From NCBI RefSeq assembly GCF_009914755.1, contig NC_060938.1: a DNA stretch of 64,000 nt, one strand, 5' to 3'. Position numbers and translations under genes: made by a program. A model generated the notes under the pieces. The model did not search any database. It was not told where the DNA came from and worked only from the letters and a program-made list of their open reading frames with translations. The DNA is from the human T2T-CHM13v2.0 reference genome, Homo sapiens. Shown here piece by piece: positions 60,917 through 64,000 of this stretch (the first letter of the stretch is position 1; each line of letters opens with the position of its first letter).

Positions 60917-61688
60917 AAGAATGGTTCAACTCTATGAGAAGAATGCACACATCACAAATAAATTTCTCAGAAAGCTTCTGTCTACATTTTATATGAAGAT
61001 ATTTCCTTTTTCACCATAGGCCTCAAAGCACTCACAAATATCCCTTTGCAGATTCTACAAGAAAAAAGTTTCCCATCTGCTCAATGAAAATAAATGTTTA
61101 CCACTGGGAGATGAATGCACACATTACAAAGCAGTTTCTCAGAAACCTTCTGTCTAGTTGTTATGTGAAGATATTTCCTTTTTTGCCATAGGCCTCAAAG
61201 CACTCACAAACATCTCATTGCTGATCCTACAAAAAGACTGTTTCCAAACTGCTCAATCAAAAGAAAGGTTCAACTGTTTGAGATGAGTGCACTCCAAACA
61301 CAGAAGTGTCTCAGAAAGATTCTGTCTAGTTTTCATGTGAATATATTTCCTTTTTCACCATTGGCCTCCAAGTGTTCACAAATATCCCTTTGCAGATTCT
61401 ACAAAAAGACGGTTTCCAATATGTTCAATCAACAGAAAGGTTCAAATCTGTGAGACTAATTCACACATGACAAAGCAGTTTCTCAGAAACCTTCTTTCTA
61501 GTTTTTCTCTGAAGATATTTCCTTTTTCACCATAGGCTTCAAAGTGCTCACAAATATCCTTTTGCAGATTCTACAAAAAGAATGTTACCAAACTGCTCAA
61601 ACAAAAGAATGGTTCACATCTGTGAGATGAATGCACACATCAGAGAAAAGTTTCTCAGAAAGCTTCTGTCTACATTTTATGTGAAGAT
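60917..61688 (-). repeat. Alpha satellite (ALR), terminal ~4.5 monomers
   Basis: Alphoid units end abruptly mid-monomer at ..TTTTATGTGAAGAT. Confidence 0.96.
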
Positions 61689-63182
61689 TGGAGTGCAGTG
61701 GAATGGAATGGAATGGAATGGAATGGAATGGAATGGAATGGAGTGGAGTGAAGTGGAGTGGTGTGGATTGGGGTGGAGTGGAGTGAAATGGAATGGAGTG
61801 GATTTCAAAAAAATGGAATGGAATGGAGTGGAGTGTAGTGGAATGGAATGGAGCAGAGTGAAGTGGAATGGAATGGAGTGGAATGGAATGGAGTGGAGTG
61901 GAGTGGATTGGAGTGGAGTGGAGGGAATTGGAGTGGAGGGGAGTGAAGTGGAGTTGAATGGAGTGGAATGGTATGGAATGGAATTGAATGGAATGGAGTG
62001 GAATGGAATGGAATAGAGTGGAATGGAATGGAGTGGAGTGGAGTGGAATGGAGTGCAATGGAGTGAAATGGAGTGGAGTGGAATCGAGTGGAGTGGAATG
62101 GAATGGAGTGGAATGGAATGGAGAGGAAATGAATGAAATGGAATGCAACACAGTGGAATGAAGTGGAGTAGAGTGCAATGGAGTTGAGTGGAGTGGATAG
62201 GAATGCAGTGCAATGGAATGGAATGGAATGTAAGGGAGTAGAGTGGAGGGGATTGGAGTGGAGTGGAGTAGAGTGGAATGGAGTGGAATGGCATGGAGTG
62301 GAGTGGAATGGAATGGAATGGAATGAAATTGAAAGGAATGGAAAGGAATGGAATGCAACGGAATGGAACAGAATGGAGTACAGTGGAGAGGAGTTGAGTG
62401 GAGTGGATCGGAGTGCAGTGGCATGGAATGGAAAGGAATGGAATGGAATGGAATGGAATGGAACAGAATAGAAAGGAATGGGATGGAGTGGAGTGGAATG
62501 GAAAGGAGTGGAGTGGAATGTAATGGAATGTAATGGAATGGAAAGGAATGGGATGGAGTGGAGTGGAATGGAAAGGAGTGGAGTGGAATGTAATGGAGTG
62601 AAGTGGAATGGAATGGAGTGGAGTGGAATGGAATGGAGTGGAGTGGAATGGAGAGGAGTGCAGTGGAATGGTATGGATTGGAATGGAAAGGAAGGGAGTG
62701 GAGTGCAGTGGAGTGGATTGGAGGGCAGCAGAATTGAATGGAGTGGAGTGGAGTAGAGTGGAGTGGAGTGGAGTTGAGTGGGGTGCATCGGAGTGCAGTG
62801 GAATGGAATGGGAAGGAGTGGAGTTTAGTGGAGTGGAGTGGAGAGGAATTTAATGGAAAGGAGTGGACTGGAATTGTTTGGAGTGGATAGGAATGGAATG
62901 GAACATAAAGGAATGGAATGGAATGGAAAGGAATGGAACGGAATGGAGTGGAGTGCAGTGGAGTTGAGTCGAGTCAATCTGAGTGCAGTGGAAAGGAAAG
63001 GAATGGAATAGAATGGAATGGAATGGAACGGAACGGAACGGAACGGAACGGAATGGAATGGAATGGAGTGAAGTGGGATGGAAGGGAGTGCAGGAGAGTA
63101 GAGTGAAGTGGAGTGCAGTGGAGTGGAGTGGAATGGAATGGAATGGAGTTGAATGGAATGGAAAAGAATGGTGAAATGCATT

Positions 63183-63234
63183 GTGAGCTATGATTTTGCC
63201 ACTGCACTACAGTCTGGGTGACAAAGTGAGATCC
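63183..63234 (+). mobile_element. Alu/7SL-derived 3' fragment embedded in satellite (copy 1)
   Basis: GTGAGCTATGATTTTGCCACTGCACTACAGTCTGGGTGACAAAGTGAGATCC matches the Alu arm 3' end GTGAGC(TAT/CGA)GATCGCGCCACTGCACTCCAGCCTGGGCGACAGAGCGAGAC. Confidence 0.85.
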
Positions 63235-63588
63235 AATTGAAATAAAGTAATCGAATGGAATGCAGTAGAATGGAAGGGAATGGATTGGAGTGGAGTGGAG
63301 CAGAGTGGAGTGGAGTGGAGTGCAGTGGACTGGAGTGGAACGAGGGGAATGGAATGGAGTAGAGTGGAATGGAATGGAAAGGAACAGAATGGAATGGAAG
63401 GTAAAGGAATGAAGTGGAGTGGAGAGTAGTGCAGTTGAGTGGAGTGGATCGGAGTGCAGTGGAATGGAATGGAATGAAATGGCATGGAATGGAGTGGAAT
63501 GGAATGGAGTGGAGTGGAGTAGAGTGGTGTGGAGTGGAGTGGAATGGAATGGAATGGAATGGAATGCAATGGAATGGTGAAACGTAAT

Positions 63589-63640
63589 GTGAGCTAAAAT
63601 TGTGCCACTGCAATACAGTCTGGGTGACAGAGTGACATCC
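63589..63640 (+). mobile_element. Alu/7SL-derived 3' fragment embedded in satellite (copy 2)
   Basis: GTGAGCTAAAATTGTGCCACTGCAATACAGTCTGGGTGACAGAGTGACATCC, 406 bp after copy 1 and with the same flanks. Confidence 0.85.
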
Positions 63641-64000
63641 AATCGAAATAAAGCAATGGAATTGAATGGAGTAAAGTGGAAAGGAATGAGGTGGAGTGGA
63701 ATGGAATGCAGTGGAACGGAGTGGAATGGAGTGTACTGGGATGGAGTAAAGTGGAATTGAGCAGAACGGAAAGAAATGCAATAGAGACGAATGGAATGGA
63801 ATGGAATGAAGTGGAATGCAGCATAATGGAATGGAGTGGAGTAGAATGGAGAGGAATGGAATGGAATGGAATGGAATGGAAATGAGTGGAATGGAATGGA
63901 ACGCAAATCAGTGGAATGGAATGGAGTGGAGTGGAGAGGAGTGGAATGGAGTGAAGTGGAATGGGGTGGAATGGAGTAGAATGTAGTGGAATGGAGTGAA

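Larger units (their letters stand above)
61689..64000 (+). repeat. Divergent pentameric satellite (GGAAT/GGAGT)n, HSat3-like; continues beyond the window
   Basis: Runs of GGAAT interleaved with abundant GGAGT, GCAGT, GGAAA and GGAAC pentamers. Confidence 0.93.

Noticed and set aside
61582-63906. Long low-complexity ORFs (HSIPF/HSTPL and MEWNG repeats, up to 327 aa)
   Set aside because: CATTC/CACTC pentamers contain no stop codons, and all three frames are open at once. Artefact.

Overview
This is primate (human or great-ape type) pericentromeric heterochromatin with no intact gene. About 52 kb is divergent ~171-bp alpha satellite in which I found no CENP-B box. It is interrupted by four dead LINE-1 copies: a full-length L1PA2/PA3-like element (11391-17488), a 5'-inverted twin-primed L1 (46959-48534), a short antisense L1 3' end (51815-52261) and a 5'-truncated L1PA4/5-like copy (59743-60916). 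The alpha array ends abruptly at 61688 against a GGAAT/GGAGT (HSat3-like) satellite that carries two copies of an Alu-derived fragment. Alpha orientation flips twice. The first flip is across the full-length L1, whose two ends have unrelated target-site flanks, suggesting a chimeric L1 left by an L1-L1 recombination inversion. The second is a clean alpha/alpha junction at ~45092. Several alpha sequence layers, relic higher-order duplications, a double-hairpin templated insertion and probable short L1 3' transductions are visible. All ORFs in the satellites are artefacts. I see no new protein-coding system; the interest here is structural and evolutionary. Subfamily calls are from recalled diagnostics read by eye and need RepeatMasker/HMM confirmation.
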